Part shown: piece by piece, positions 27,079 through 36,383 of the stretch
Numbering within the stretch: position 1 is the stretch's first letter
Layout: each line of letters begins with the position of its first letter
NCBI GenBank assembly: GCA_946631895.1
Contig: CAMPAN010000001.1
Coordinates: forward strand, 50,436-114,435
Direction of reading: 5' to 3'
Length of the DNA stretch: 64,000 bases
Source: an uncultured Clostridia bacterium
GTDB lineage: Bacteria > Bacillota > Clostridia > Christensenellales > CAG-138
Position numbers and translations under genes: made by a program
The notes under the pieces: model-generated
The model's database searches: none
Told to the model about the DNA's origin: nothing
The model's input: only the letters and a program-made list of their open reading frames with translations

Positions 27079-28433
27079 CGGATACTCTCCTTCAGAAGAC
27101 GCAGCGCAGATTCGGGATCCTCCTTTGAGAGGACGCCGACCGACGCCATGATATAGTCGTTGTCAAACAGCAATCGAGCGGTACCGGGGGACGGCAGAAG
27201 CTGCATACGGCTTTTGTTGCAGTCGGCGATCGTCCGGAGGATCGATTCGTGATGCGGGAGACGGGTCAGAGCGCCGCCGGTTCCGACAAGCCACTTGATC
27301 GCGGTCAGGTCCTTGCCTTCTGCAATCGTGCGCCGTCCTTGCGGGGTATACAGATGCCGAAGCTTGCCGGCATGCCGATCCAAAGCGACAAGCCCTGCTT
27401 CGAGACAGAGCCGTTCGGTGAGCCTGAACTGCATCTCGGTTTCCGGAATCGGCAGATACGCCTGCATCACGGCGGCGGTGTCGATTCCAAGCTCCTTGTT
27501 CAAGGCGTCGGATCCGATTCGGTCGACCAGGTTATGTGCGTTGATATAGAGACCGAGATCGCCTTCCACCGTTCGTTTTGCTTTCGGTTCGGGCGAGGTC
27601 ATCATGGATACGATCTCCGGCGAACCGTCCGTAACGGAGTGGACGTCCGTCGTTGCGCCTCCTATGTCGATCGCGGCAAGATCACCGATCTCGTCATACA
27701 GAAGCTGCGCGGAAAGCATGACGCTGCCGGGTGTCGGCAGGATCGCGCCGTTGACCATATCGCGGATGTGTTCCATGCCGGGCGCTTTTACGATATGCTC
27801 TTCAAACATCGCATGGATGACCTTGCGGACCGATTCCACGTTCAGTTCGTCAAGCCGCGGATAGACGTTGTCCGCAATGGACAGGGGAATTCCGTATTCT
27901 GCCGCAATGCGGGAGACGATCGTACGGTTCTGCACATTGCCGCAATAGATGATCGGCGTCTTTTGACCGTGCTCTGCGATCGCGCACATGTTATACACGG
28001 CGGTTTCGCGCTCGCCGTAATCCGTTCCGCCGGCAAGCAGGATCAGATTCGGTCTTGCAGATTCGAGATCATCCAGATCGAATTCGTTCATCTTTCCCGC
28101 GGTTGTCTGAACAATGATCGCACCCGCGCCAAGTGCTGCAGCTTCCGCTGCGCGGACCGTCATATCGCGGACAAGCCCGTGCACCGTCATACGGAGACCG
28201 CCCGCAGCGGATCCGGAAGCCAGCATCCGGTCGTATGAAAGCGTCTTTTCGCCTGTTTGTAAAAGAAGATCGTCAACGGCATTCTGAAGCCCGATCCGCA
28301 CATCGCCGTCCAGAACCGTTGTGGGGGCTTTGCCCTGCGCAACGAAACGAGGCGATGTCGAACCAAGACCGTCGAATGCGTTGACGATCGTCGTGGTAGA
28401 TCCGATTTCGGCTACGAGTACATTAACGTGCAT
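27057..28433 (-). CDS. GlmL/MutL-family protein (putative D-ornithine aminomutase reactivase)
   Basis: ASKHA-like, VLVAEIGSTTT...IDIGGATTD; located immediately downstream of oraE. Confidence 0.7.
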   Translation of the reverse strand: MHVNVLVAEIGSTTTIVNAFDGLGSTSPRFVAQGKAPTTVLDGDVRIGLQNAVDDLLLQTGEKTLSYDRMLASGSAAGGLRMTVHGLVRDMTVRAAEAAALGAGAIIVQTTAGKMNEFDLDDLESARPNLILLAGGTDYGERETAVYNMCAIAEHGQKTPIIYCGNVQNRTIVSRIAAEYGIPLSIADNVYPRLDELNVESVRKVIHAMFEEHIVKAPGMEHIRDMVNGAILPTPGSVMLSAQLLYDEIGDLAAIDIGGATTDVHSVTDGSPEIVSMMTSPEPKAKRTVEGDLGLYINAHNLVDRIGSDALNKELGIDTAAVMQAYLPIPETEMQFRLTERLCLEAGLVALDRHAGKLRHLYTPQGRRTIAEGKDLTAIKWLVGTGGALTRLPHHESILRTIADCNKSRMQLLPSPGTARLLFDNDYIMASVGVLSKEDPESALRLLKESIRWNEIRN

Positions 28434-30651
28434 TCTGTTCTCTTCTTGCGCGTTCCTTTACAAGGAAAGTCGCAACATGGTTTCCGTGCGATCCGCGTCC
28501 GAATCCGACGTCTGCGCCTGCAGCACGCGCACCTTCATCGGTAACCTGCGTGCCGCCTGCAACGAACATCAGCTTGTCGCGTACGCCCATTTCACGCGCG
28601 ATACGATCGACCTTTGCGATGTTCTTGTAATGGATATCGTCGTGCGAAATGATGCAGGAAGCCAGCATTGCGTCCGCGTTCGTTTCGATTGCCGCCTGAA
28701 CGAGTTTTTCCGGCGGAACGGACGTCCCGAGATAGATGCATTCGATGCCGTATTTCTCAATGCCGCCGTGCTTGATGTTGAGGATCTCGCGAAGACCGAC
28801 GGAGTGCTCGTCGTCGCCGATCGTTCCGGCAACAATGCGCATCGGCTTCTTGTCGATTGCGTCCCAGAGTTCTTCGTCGCTGAGGACATCCGGAACGGTC
28901 GGGAGCTGCAGATCGTCCATATTGATGGAGAATGCAACCTTGCCCTTCATTTCGATGCGCGTACCCTCTGCGCGGTGCATGATTTCACGGTTGATGACCT
29001 CGCATTCGCAGAGGTTCATTCTCCTTCCGATCTCAAGCGCGGCCGCTTCCGCGTGACGGACGTCGGTGGGGAAGAACATGGTCAGCATCACGGTACCGTC
29101 GGCAAGCCACTCCATTTCCGGCTTGATGAGCTTTGCGTTCGGACCGGCAAAGTCCTTGACCTCGTCCATGCGGAGATACACGTTGTCTGTCTCGTCAAGC
29201 TCGTCGATGTACTGGATCTTGTCCGGGCATTCGAACGTGCAGCCGCCGATCAGCCTGGACGGATCGGCGACCGCGTCCGGATCGTACTGCGCAACGTTAT
29301 TATAGCCGTAATGCGCAGTAACCGGAGCGCAGTAGTCCGCTGCGCGCTTGATAACCGTACCGACGCCGATGCCGCCGTCGATTTTGCGGGAGATACCGTC
29401 TCCGTTGCGCTCGGGGAACATGCCGCTGTCCACAAAGAAGCCTTCTTCGACGGAGTTGAAATAACCGCCGAGCTCGATCATGTTTTCGAGGAACAGGATC
29501 GCGCGTTCTTTGAGCTCGCGCGCTTTCTCGCGGAGATAGCCGTCCTTTTTGAGCTCGACCATTTCCATGAGCCCGTCCATACCGATCAGCGCCTGCTTTG
29601 CGGTGTCGCACGCTTCGATGTTGTAGATGTGCCACGGCACGTTGCGGCCTTCGTCCGGCGTGATCGTGGACTGGATATCCGCGCTCGTCAGCTTCGAAAT
29701 GACCATGTTCAGAACGTGGGTGACCGTCGCTTCACGCGTGGACGCCTCGATGTACTTTGTGTTCATCTGCGCGCGCATGCGGTATTCGTGGAACAGATCG
29801 CGAAGTGCAACGGCATAGGGCAGGTCCATATGGATGCAGGGACCGGGCGTTGCTGTCGGCGGAACGGTGGAGAGGCAGATATTCTTTTTCTTCATGCCGA
29901 CTTTGGCGGAGATCAGCGCATTGATGCCGTGCTGCACCATCAGCTCCGGCATGACTTTCCATGCGTCGCGCGCGGTGGCGTTCGCGTTGTGCGCGCCGTC
30001 AATCTGCGCCATATCCGCCCATGCCATGACCTTTTTGGATTCACAGGCGTCCACAAAGGAACGCACCATATTGATGTTGCGGTAAATGACGTTGTACTGC
30101 GGATCCTGGTGTGCGCCGTTGACGCCTTCCTCGGCAAACATAACGGCGATATCCGGACCGGCAACGCCGGAGACGTAGCTGTGATAATTGATCGGGCGAC
30201 CGACTTCATCCTCGATCATATCGAGCGCCTTGCGCTGTGCGCGGACCTGCTTGCGCGTCACCGGTACGCCGCCGATGCCCTGCGGCGTGCCTTCGATCAA
30301 TCCGTCGAAGTGGCTCTGCCCCGCGGTACGGATGACCATGATATGGTCCGCACCGTGATGCGCCGCCATGCGCATGCGGCGGATATCGTCTTCAAAACGA
30401 CCGGACGCGATCTCCGTCGTGATAACGGGGAGCGGCTGCGGATCAATATCACCGAAATAGTGGGCAGGCGGAAGTCCCACACTGTCCTTCAGAGGCTTGC
30501 TGGCGTCCTCATACTTGAACGGTCCCATTTCAAGGCCCGGGACCGGTTCACGCCAGGTCCAGCCGCGGCGGCGGGGATGATAATGCTCGAGGTCCTTGAG
30601 AATCTCCGCGACGTCGATCTTGGTATCTTTATCGAGTTTGTAGTCGCTCAT
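28423..30651 (-). CDS. oraE: D-ornithine 4,5-aminomutase subunit beta (B12- and PLP-binding)
   Basis: 742 aa; TIM-barrel N-terminal region plus a C-terminal Rossmann B12-binding domain (IVAGTIGDDEHSVGL). Matches the remembered OraE architecture and size. Confidence 0.9.
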   Translation of the reverse strand: MSDYKLDKDTKIDVAEILKDLEHYHPRRRGWTWREPVPGLEMGPFKYEDASKPLKDSVGLPPAHYFGDIDPQPLPVITTEIASGRFEDDIRRMRMAAHHGADHIMVIRTAGQSHFDGLIEGTPQGIGGVPVTRKQVRAQRKALDMIEDEVGRPINYHSYVSGVAGPDIAVMFAEEGVNGAHQDPQYNVIYRNINMVRSFVDACESKKVMAWADMAQIDGAHNANATARDAWKVMPELMVQHGINALISAKVGMKKKNICLSTVPPTATPGPCIHMDLPYAVALRDLFHEYRMRAQMNTKYIEASTREATVTHVLNMVISKLTSADIQSTITPDEGRNVPWHIYNIEACDTAKQALIGMDGLMEMVELKKDGYLREKARELKERAILFLENMIELGGYFNSVEEGFFVDSGMFPERNGDGISRKIDGGIGVGTVIKRAADYCAPVTAHYGYNNVAQYDPDAVADPSRLIGGCTFECPDKIQYIDELDETDNVYLRMDEVKDFAGPNAKLIKPEMEWLADGTVMLTMFFPTDVRHAEAAALEIGRRMNLCECEVINREIMHRAEGTRIEMKGKVAFSINMDDLQLPTVPDVLSDEELWDAIDKKPMRIVAGTIGDDEHSVGLREILNIKHGGIEKYGIECIYLGTSVPPEKLVQAAIETNADAMLASCIISHDDIHYKNIAKVDRIAREMGVRDKLMFVAGGTQVTDEGARAAGADVGFGRGSHGNHVATFLVKERARREQNAR

Positions 30652-31013
30652 GCGTTCTCACCTCCGAACAATGCTTCCGCTTCATCCCAGCAAGCTTTCT
30701 CGATCAGTTTCAGACCTGCGGCACGAACGTCCGTCCCGTCCTTTTTGGAGAGGCGGTAAACGACGTTGCCCGCGCCGTGCTCCATCAGATTGTGTTCCAT
30801 GCAGCCTTCTACCAGTGCTTTCGCTTCGAGAGAGGAGAAGCCCATGCGAAGCAGTACGCTGCGTTCGATCGCGGGCGTCGTGTTTTCATATCCGAGCTTC
30901 AGCAGAGGATCGATCAGTTCTTCGATCAGCGACCAGAAGCGGGTTTCGAGTTCTGCGTCGGAGAGATCTTTGAGATGCTCTCTGCGTGTTTCAAAGTCGT
31001 CGTTGCGTTTCAT
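30648..31013 (-). CDS. oraS: D-ornithine 4,5-aminomutase subunit alpha
   Basis: 121 aa; MKRNDDFETRREHL...; ATGA coupling to oraE. Confidence 0.88.
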   Translation of the reverse strand: MKRNDDFETRREHLKDLSDAELETRFWSLIEELIDPLLKLGYENTTPAIERSVLLRMGFSSLEAKALVEGCMEHNLMEHGAGNVVYRLSKKDGTDVRAAGLKLIEKACWDEAEALFGGENA

Positions 31014-32404
31014 GCAAGATGCTCCTTTACAAATTCTCTGTTCGTCTTGGTCTCTTCTGCAAGGAAGTCGATATCGGTGTCGGTCGGCTGTTTGCCGGTC
31101 ATCTTAAGCGCGTTGCGAATCAGCGAAGCGCGGAGATGCGTCATATCGGCGGGACGCGCCTTGATCATCGACGGATGGGAGGGGAGGATGATGCTCTTGC
31201 CCGGTACTTCCTCTTCGGGATTGCCGAAGTGGATGTCGATGCCGTTGCTCCTTGCAAAGCTCAGCTGCGCGTTGACATGCTTGCCCGCGCCGGTATACTC
31301 GGTCTCCTGCACCACGATGATCTTGTCCTTCGGCATTGTCTGGGAAAGCGCGAACGCTGCGGCAAGAGACGTGTTGCCGGCAGGTCCTTTTTCCATGCCT
31401 TCCAGAGCGGCGAGCATTTCCGTGGTATAGAACACTTCGCCCTGGTTCACGGTCACATAGCGATCCATGTAACGCAGCGGTCTTGCGGCGCTTCTTGGAA
31501 CATCGCTGCGGTCCGGCCAGGTCGAGAACGGCATACCGAAACCGGTGTGTCCGGTCGTGAACGATTTGAGGTTGAACTGATGATCGCTTGCCATATGCAG
31601 ACCGGACAGGTTGACGCTCGCAGCGACGACCTCCGCTTTGCAGCCGGCTTTCAGAAGTCCGCGTGCGGTACCGGTCAGATTGCCGCCGCCGGCGTTCGTG
31701 CAGACGACCATGTCGGGGTCTCTGCCGAGCATCAGACGGCACTGCTGCGCAATTTCATAGCCGAGCGTTTCGACGCCCGCAATGCCGAACGGCGTATACA
31801 GCGATGCGTTGAAATAATCGGTTTCTTCGAGCATGCGAAGGAACATATAGAACAGCTCCGGACCGACCGTCAGCTGAACGACTTCCGCGCCGAGCGCTTC
31901 GCACTTTCTTGCCTTTTCGATGATCTCCGGCTGACCGATGCCTTTGGAATCGAAGCATTCCTGCACAACGATGCACTTTAGTCCCGCTTTTGCGGCACAG
32001 GCGGCAACCGCTGCGCCGTAGTTGCCGGACGTTGCGGAGATAACGCCCTTATAGCCCATTTTTCTTGCCTGATAGATGCTCGTCGCCGCGCGGCGGACCT
32101 TGAAGCTGCCGGAAAGATTGGATGCTTCGTCCTTGACAAAGATGCGTGCGCCCATCCCTTCGGGAGCGCAGGCACGCGCAAGTGCAGTCAGGTTCTTGAG
32201 CTCATAAATCGGTGTATTGCCGATCTGGAATTCTTCAGTCTGGATCTTGCGGACGGCGTCGAGCGTGTAGCCCGTCGCAGCCATCATGGCTTCGTAATCG
32301 AATGCGATGGAACCGCTTTCGAACTTGTCATAGTCCATTCCGACGGCACGCTTCATGATCTCGTTTTTGCGCGCCATTACGGCAGAATAACTGTTGTCAC
32401 GCAT
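31010..32404 (-). CDS. ortB: 2-amino-4-oxopentanoate thiolase subunit beta (PLP, Trp-synthase-beta fold)
   Basis: SGSFKVRRA (PLP lysine) and SGNYG motifs; 464 aa; overlaps ortA and oraS. Confidence 0.85.
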   Translation of the reverse strand: MRDNSYSAVMARKNEIMKRAVGMDYDKFESGSIAFDYEAMMAATGYTLDAVRKIQTEEFQIGNTPIYELKNLTALARACAPEGMGARIFVKDEASNLSGSFKVRRAATSIYQARKMGYKGVISATSGNYGAAVAACAAKAGLKCIVVQECFDSKGIGQPEIIEKARKCEALGAEVVQLTVGPELFYMFLRMLEETDYFNASLYTPFGIAGVETLGYEIAQQCRLMLGRDPDMVVCTNAGGGNLTGTARGLLKAGCKAEVVAASVNLSGLHMASDHQFNLKSFTTGHTGFGMPFSTWPDRSDVPRSAARPLRYMDRYVTVNQGEVFYTTEMLAALEGMEKGPAGNTSLAAAFALSQTMPKDKIIVVQETEYTGAGKHVNAQLSFARSNGIDIHFGNPEEEVPGKSIILPSHPSMIKARPADMTHLRASLIRNALKMTGKQPTDTDIDFLAEETKTNREFVKEHLA

Positions 32405-32705
32405 CGTTTCTACCTCCGAACAGAATGGTCTTTACGGTTTCTTCGATCTGATCGAGCTCCGGCACATAGTCGCCGAAATTGTGCTTGAAGGAGGGGTTGA
32501 CGGCGCACATTGTGCCTTCGACCGTACGTCCGGTCTTCGTCCTGACCGTGACCGTATCGCCGATCTCGGCTTCATCGTTCAGAAGATGTCCCTTGACCCA
32601 CATTTCAAGCGGAACATGGCGCGTATCTTCGGGGATATTTGTGGCGCGTTCTTCGGGCTTCAGGACGTCGATATGGATCTGTACCCAATCGTTTTTCTTT
32701 GCCAT
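32397..32705 (-). CDS. ortA: 2-amino-4-oxopentanoate thiolase subunit alpha
   Basis: 102-aa protein between ord and ortB, as in the described ornithine cluster. Confidence 0.8.
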   Translation of the reverse strand: MAKKNDWVQIHIDVLKPEERATNIPEDTRHVPLEMWVKGHLLNDEAEIGDTVTVRTKTGRTVEGTMCAVNPSFKHNFGDYVPELDQIEETVKTILFGGRNDA

Positions 32706-32717
32706 ACGAAACTCCTT

Positions 32718-33761
32718 TTATTTGTTCAGATAATTGCGCATATCGCCCATGATCGCGTGCGGAACGGGCAGATCGATCATTGTCTTGAGACCCGGCGTTG
32801 CGTTGAGCACATGGGGGATCATGTTTACGCACATTGCGATCGTGCCGATGCCGCCGTTGACTTCGGGCTTGATCTGCATGTTGACGTTCGGCGTGCCGGT
32901 GAGCGTGATGTAGTCGCCGGTGAAGGTGCCTTCCATCTCGGGTTCGATCTGCTGGGGATGGATCATGTCGATCATGACCTTGTCGCCGATATAGCCTTGA
33001 CCGGTCATGTTGACGCCTGCGACGTCGCCCGCTTTTGCAAAGCCGTAGGGGGACTTGCGGTCGACGGAAGTGACGATCGGCTTCATCTGCTGTTCAAAAC
33101 GATCGATCTCAAAGCCGAGCGCTTCGCCGATCATGCCGACAGATTCCGCAAAGCCGACGTGACCTGCGAGCGTACCGTTCTTGCAGCCTTCTTCAAACTG
33201 CTCGACGGTCAGACCGACGCCCTGTTCTTCCATAACGGCGGGACCGAAGGGGGAGAGGGAGTTGACTCGCTTGCACAGAACGTGCTCGACGTCCGTCATG
33301 CAGCCGGACAAACAGATTGCAAGAAGGTCCATCATGAGACCGGGGTTGATGCCCGTACCGAGTACCGATACGCCTGCGCCTTTGGCGAGTGCATCCATCT
33401 TGTCGGCAAGCTCGGGATTCTGCGCACGCGGATAGCTCATTTCTTCCGCGGTGGAGATGACGTTCACGCCCTTTTCGATCAGATGGCAGATCTTGGGATA
33501 TGCTTTCTTGGTGAAAGAATCGGTCGCGAGAATGCACAGATCGGGTTTCGGCGTCAAAGCTGCATCAATATCGCCGATGACTTTTACATCGTTGCGATCG
33601 CCGCGTTCCACGCCCAGCAGATCATAAATGCTCTTGCCGACGCGATCCGGATGGATATCGCAAACGCCGGTAATCTCAACGCCTTTTTTCGTCAGCAGAA
33701 CCTTTGCAATGCCGCTGCCCATCGCACCGAATCCCCAAAGGGCTACTTGAATCTGTTTCAT
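32718..33761 (-). CDS. ord: 2,4-diaminopentanoate dehydrogenase
   Basis: AGGAGG SD before the ATG at 33761. N-terminal Rossmann motif VALWGFGAMGSG; DapB-like; 347 aa. Confidence 0.85.
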   Translation of the reverse strand: MKQIQVALWGFGAMGSGIAKVLLTKKGVEITGVCDIHPDRVGKSIYDLLGVERGDRNDVKVIGDIDAALTPKPDLCILATDSFTKKAYPKICHLIEKGVNVISTAEEMSYPRAQNPELADKMDALAKGAGVSVLGTGINPGLMMDLLAICLSGCMTDVEHVLCKRVNSLSPFGPAVMEEQGVGLTVEQFEEGCKNGTLAGHVGFAESVGMIGEALGFEIDRFEQQMKPIVTSVDRKSPYGFAKAGDVAGVNMTGQGYIGDKVMIDMIHPQQIEPEMEGTFTGDYITLTGTPNVNMQIKPEVNGGIGTIAMCVNMIPHVLNATPGLKTMIDLPVPHAIMGDMRNYLNK

Positions 33762-33870
33762 ACTGTTCCTCCTTCGATTTTGAATCAATGAACATAAAAA
33801 TATTATACAACGATTCCGGATTTCCTGCAAGAAAAAAGCGCCGTAAACGACGCTTTCAAAACTATATATT

Positions 33871-34995
33871 TTATGCAAGCGAGTCGATTGCATCGACCGC
33901 CCGATCGACCTCCTTTTCGGTCGTTGCCGGAGAAAAGCTGAATCGAACGGCGCCTTTCGGGAACGTTCCGAACGCCTTGTGCGCATCCGGCGCGCAGTGC
34001 AGTCCGCAGCGCGTCAGAATGCCGTATTTCTCTTCGAGAAGGAAGGAAACCTCGGCATTGTCCCGCCGCAGAAAATCGATCGAAACAACACCGACGCGCT
34101 GTTCGGGATCTGAAGATCCGAGAATGCGGATATGCGGGTTATCACGCAGCGTATGCAGAAACTGTTCCGTCAGACGGCTTTCATGCTCGCGTACCGTTCT
34201 GAAATCGGCATGATCCAAAGCCGCCTTTATGCCGATGATCCCCGGCAGATTCAGCGTTCCGGCTTCCATTCGGTCCGGATAGAATGGAGGGATTTCCGAG
34301 CTGTCGGAAACAGAACCCGTTCCTCCGGAGATCAGAGGATCGAGACGTTCCGCAAAGGCCGGATTAAGGCAAAGAATGCCGAGCCCCTGCGCAGCGCGAA
34401 GACCTTTGTGTGCAGGCATACAGAGCGCATCAACACTGAGCTTTTGCATCGAAAACGGGAAGTGTCCGGCAGTCTGCGCAGCGTCAATGCTCAGCGGTAC
34501 ACCTGCTTCTTTCAGAATTGCTGACAAGTCTTCAATCGGCTGGATCATTCCGCTGACATTCGACGCAAAGGTATGTACGCAGAGCCGGAAGGAAGAGAGA
34601 TCATCCGGAAGCTTTGCAAGATCGGAAACACCGTCTGCCGTTGCGGGGATGCGCACGATCTCTGCGCCGATCTGGACAAGCGGACGGATCACGGAATTAT
34701 GCTCAAACGAGGAAACAAGAACACGGTCTCCTTGCCGTACAAATCCTTTGATAACGGTATTCAGAGCCACGGTCATACCGCCCGTAAAAATCACGTGCTT
34801 TGCATCGGGGCAGTCGAATAAATCCCGGATTCGTTCGCGTGTTTCGATCACGGCAAGTCCGGCTTCCTGCGCCCTTACGTAGCTTCCGCGTCCGACATTG
34901 GCGCATTCCTCATCCAAAAAGCGTTTCATCGCGTCCGAAACACCGTTCGCCTTCGGAAAGCTCGTCGCCGCATTGTCAAGATATATCATTTCCAT
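33871..34995 (-). CDS. Class-V aminotransferase-fold PLP enzyme (cysteine desulfurase / selenocysteine lyase-like)
   Basis: IYLDNAATSFPK N-terminus; ...CMPAHKGL (PLP lysine); C-terminal RCGLHCAP active-site Cys loop. Confidence 0.75.
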   Translation of the reverse strand: MEMIYLDNAATSFPKANGVSDAMKRFLDEECANVGRGSYVRAQEAGLAVIETRERIRDLFDCPDAKHVIFTGGMTVALNTVIKGFVRQGDRVLVSSFEHNSVIRPLVQIGAEIVRIPATADGVSDLAKLPDDLSSFRLCVHTFASNVSGMIQPIEDLSAILKEAGVPLSIDAAQTAGHFPFSMQKLSVDALCMPAHKGLRAAQGLGILCLNPAFAERLDPLISGGTGSVSDSSEIPPFYPDRMEAGTLNLPGIIGIKAALDHADFRTVREHESRLTEQFLHTLRDNPHIRILGSSDPEQRVGVVSIDFLRRDNAEVSFLLEEKYGILTRCGLHCAPDAHKAFGTFPKGAVRFSFSPATTEKEVDRAVDAIDSLA

Positions 34996-35094
34996 AAATT
35001 TCGTTATCCTCGCTTGCAAATAACGGTTCTATATGTTATTATACCATCAGATCGTTATTCAAGCAAGGGAATAACGAAAGAAGGAGGAGAAAAC

Positions 35095-36177
35095 ATGGAA
35101 AACGAAAAGAAAGGTTTTGCGGGCTTTGTCAAAAGAAACTGGCTCGTGATTCTGACCGGTCTTATCGTCGGCGCTGCCGCGGTCGTTCTGACGGCGCTCG
35201 GCAATCCCAAAAACATGGGGTTCTGCATTGCGTGCTTTGAACGTGACATCGCGGGCTCTCTGAAATTCCATTCCGCAGCCGTTGTACAGTACTTCCGTCC
35301 GGAGGTCGTCGGTCTCGTGCTCGGCTCCATGATCATGGCGCTCATCAAAAAAGAGTGGAAACCGCAGGGCGGTTCTTCGCCGTTTACACGGTTTCTGCTC
35401 GGTATGCTTGTCATGATCGGCGCGCTGGTATTCCTCGGATGTCCGCTGCGCATGGTCATCCGCATCGGCGGCGGCGACGTCAACGCGCTCGTCGGTTTGC
35501 TCGGCTTTGTCGTCGGTATCGTGATCGGCACGTTCCCGCTGCGTTTCGGATTCACGCTGAACCGTGCGTATAAGCAGAACACTTTGGAAGGGCTGCTGTT
35601 CCCGATTCTGCTTGTCATTTTGTTCGCACTGTCTCTCATTCCCGAACTGTTTGCAAAGAGTGAGAAAGGTCCGGGCAGCATGCATGCGCCCTGGTATGCG
35701 GCTTTGTTGATTGCGCTCCTGGTCGGTGCGTTGTGTCAGCGTTCCCGTCTCTGCATGGCGGGCGGCGTTCGCGACGTCGTATTGTTCAAGGATTTTCACC
35801 TGATCTACGGGTTCCTTGCGATCATCGCTGCAGTTGTCGTCGGTAATCTGATCACGCATAATTTCAAATTCGGACTGGAAGGTCAGCCCATCGCGCATAC
35901 CGACGGTATTTTCAATTTCTTCGGCATGGTTCTTGTCGGATGGGGCAGCGTACTGCTCGGCGGATGTCCGCTTCGTCAGCTGATTCTTGCCGGTGAGGGA
36001 AACAGCGACTCCGCAATCACCGTGTTCGGCTTTATCGCGGGTGCTGCCGTTTCCCATAACTTCGGTCTTGCATCAAGCGCAGACGGCATCGGCGCAGGTC
36101 CGGTGCTTTGGGTACTGATTGCAGGATTTGTAATTCTTGCGGCATTGTCCGTGTTCAATACGAAAAGGAGGGCGTAA
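35095..36177 (+). CDS. yedE: YedE/YeeE family putative selenium/sulfur transport protein
   Basis: GGAGGAG SD. Polytopic, with GFCIACFERD and LGGCPLRQL Cys motifs characteristic of YedE/YeeE. Confidence 0.8.
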   Translation: MENEKKGFAGFVKRNWLVILTGLIVGAAAVVLTALGNPKNMGFCIACFERDIAGSLKFHSAAVVQYFRPEVVGLVLGSMIMALIKKEWKPQGGSSPFTRFLLGMLVMIGALVFLGCPLRMVIRIGGGDVNALVGLLGFVVGIVIGTFPLRFGFTLNRAYKQNTLEGLLFPILLVILFALSLIPELFAKSEKGPGSMHAPWYAALLIALLVGALCQRSRLCMAGGVRDVVLFKDFHLIYGFLAIIAAVVVGNLITHNFKFGLEGQPIAHTDGIFNFFGMVLVGWGSVLLGGCPLRQLILAGEGNSDSAITVFGFIAGAAVSHNFGLASSADGIGAGPVLWVLIAGFVILAALSVFNTKRRA

Positions 36178-36179
36178 TC

Positions 36180-36383
36180 ATGATCGACGCAAGAGGATTG
36201 AGCTGTCCGATGCCCGTGCTGATGGTGCAGCGTGAAGTCAAGAAGAATCAGCCTGAAACGGTCGAAGTTCTTGTGGACAATATGACTGCCGTCGGCAATA
36301 TCACACGGTTTGCGGCATCGCAGCATTATACCGTCAAAACCGAGGAAATCGACGGCGAGTATAAAATGACACTTACAAAATGA
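36180..36383 (+). CDS. yedF: TusA/SirA-family sulfurtransferase-like protein (YedF-like)
   Basis: 67 aa; IDARGLSCPMPVL contains the CPxP active-site motif; GGAGG SD. Confidence 0.8.
   Translation: MIDARGLSCPMPVLMVQREVKKNQPETVEVLVDNMTAVGNITRFAASQHYTVKTEEIDGEYKMTLTK

Noticed and set aside
28321-30759. Very long ORFs antisense to real genes, for example 28321-30759 (812 aa), 38463-40709 (748 aa), 57362-59329 (655 aa), 55605-57365 (586 aa), 32394-33791, 42436-43830, 60779-62167, 8866-10104, 14096-15226 and 41011-42117.
   Set aside because: Their translations are low-complexity and R/H/D/G/A-rich, with no recognisable motifs or SD. All lie in the codon-aligned antisense frame of a gene with clear homology-type motifs. 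They are shadow ORFs caused by the absence of TTA/CTA/TCA codons in the sense genes.
32718-33986. Long N-terminal extensions in the ORF track, for example 32718-33986, 50100-51272, 59345-60160, 21345-22211, 17856-18668, 6387-6956, 36695-37537 and 3527-3895.
   Set aside because: The extensions are Arg-rich or overlap neighbouring genes or intergenic promoters. Internal ATG/TTG codons with good SD sequences give proteins starting at the conserved family N-termini, so the starts were trimmed.
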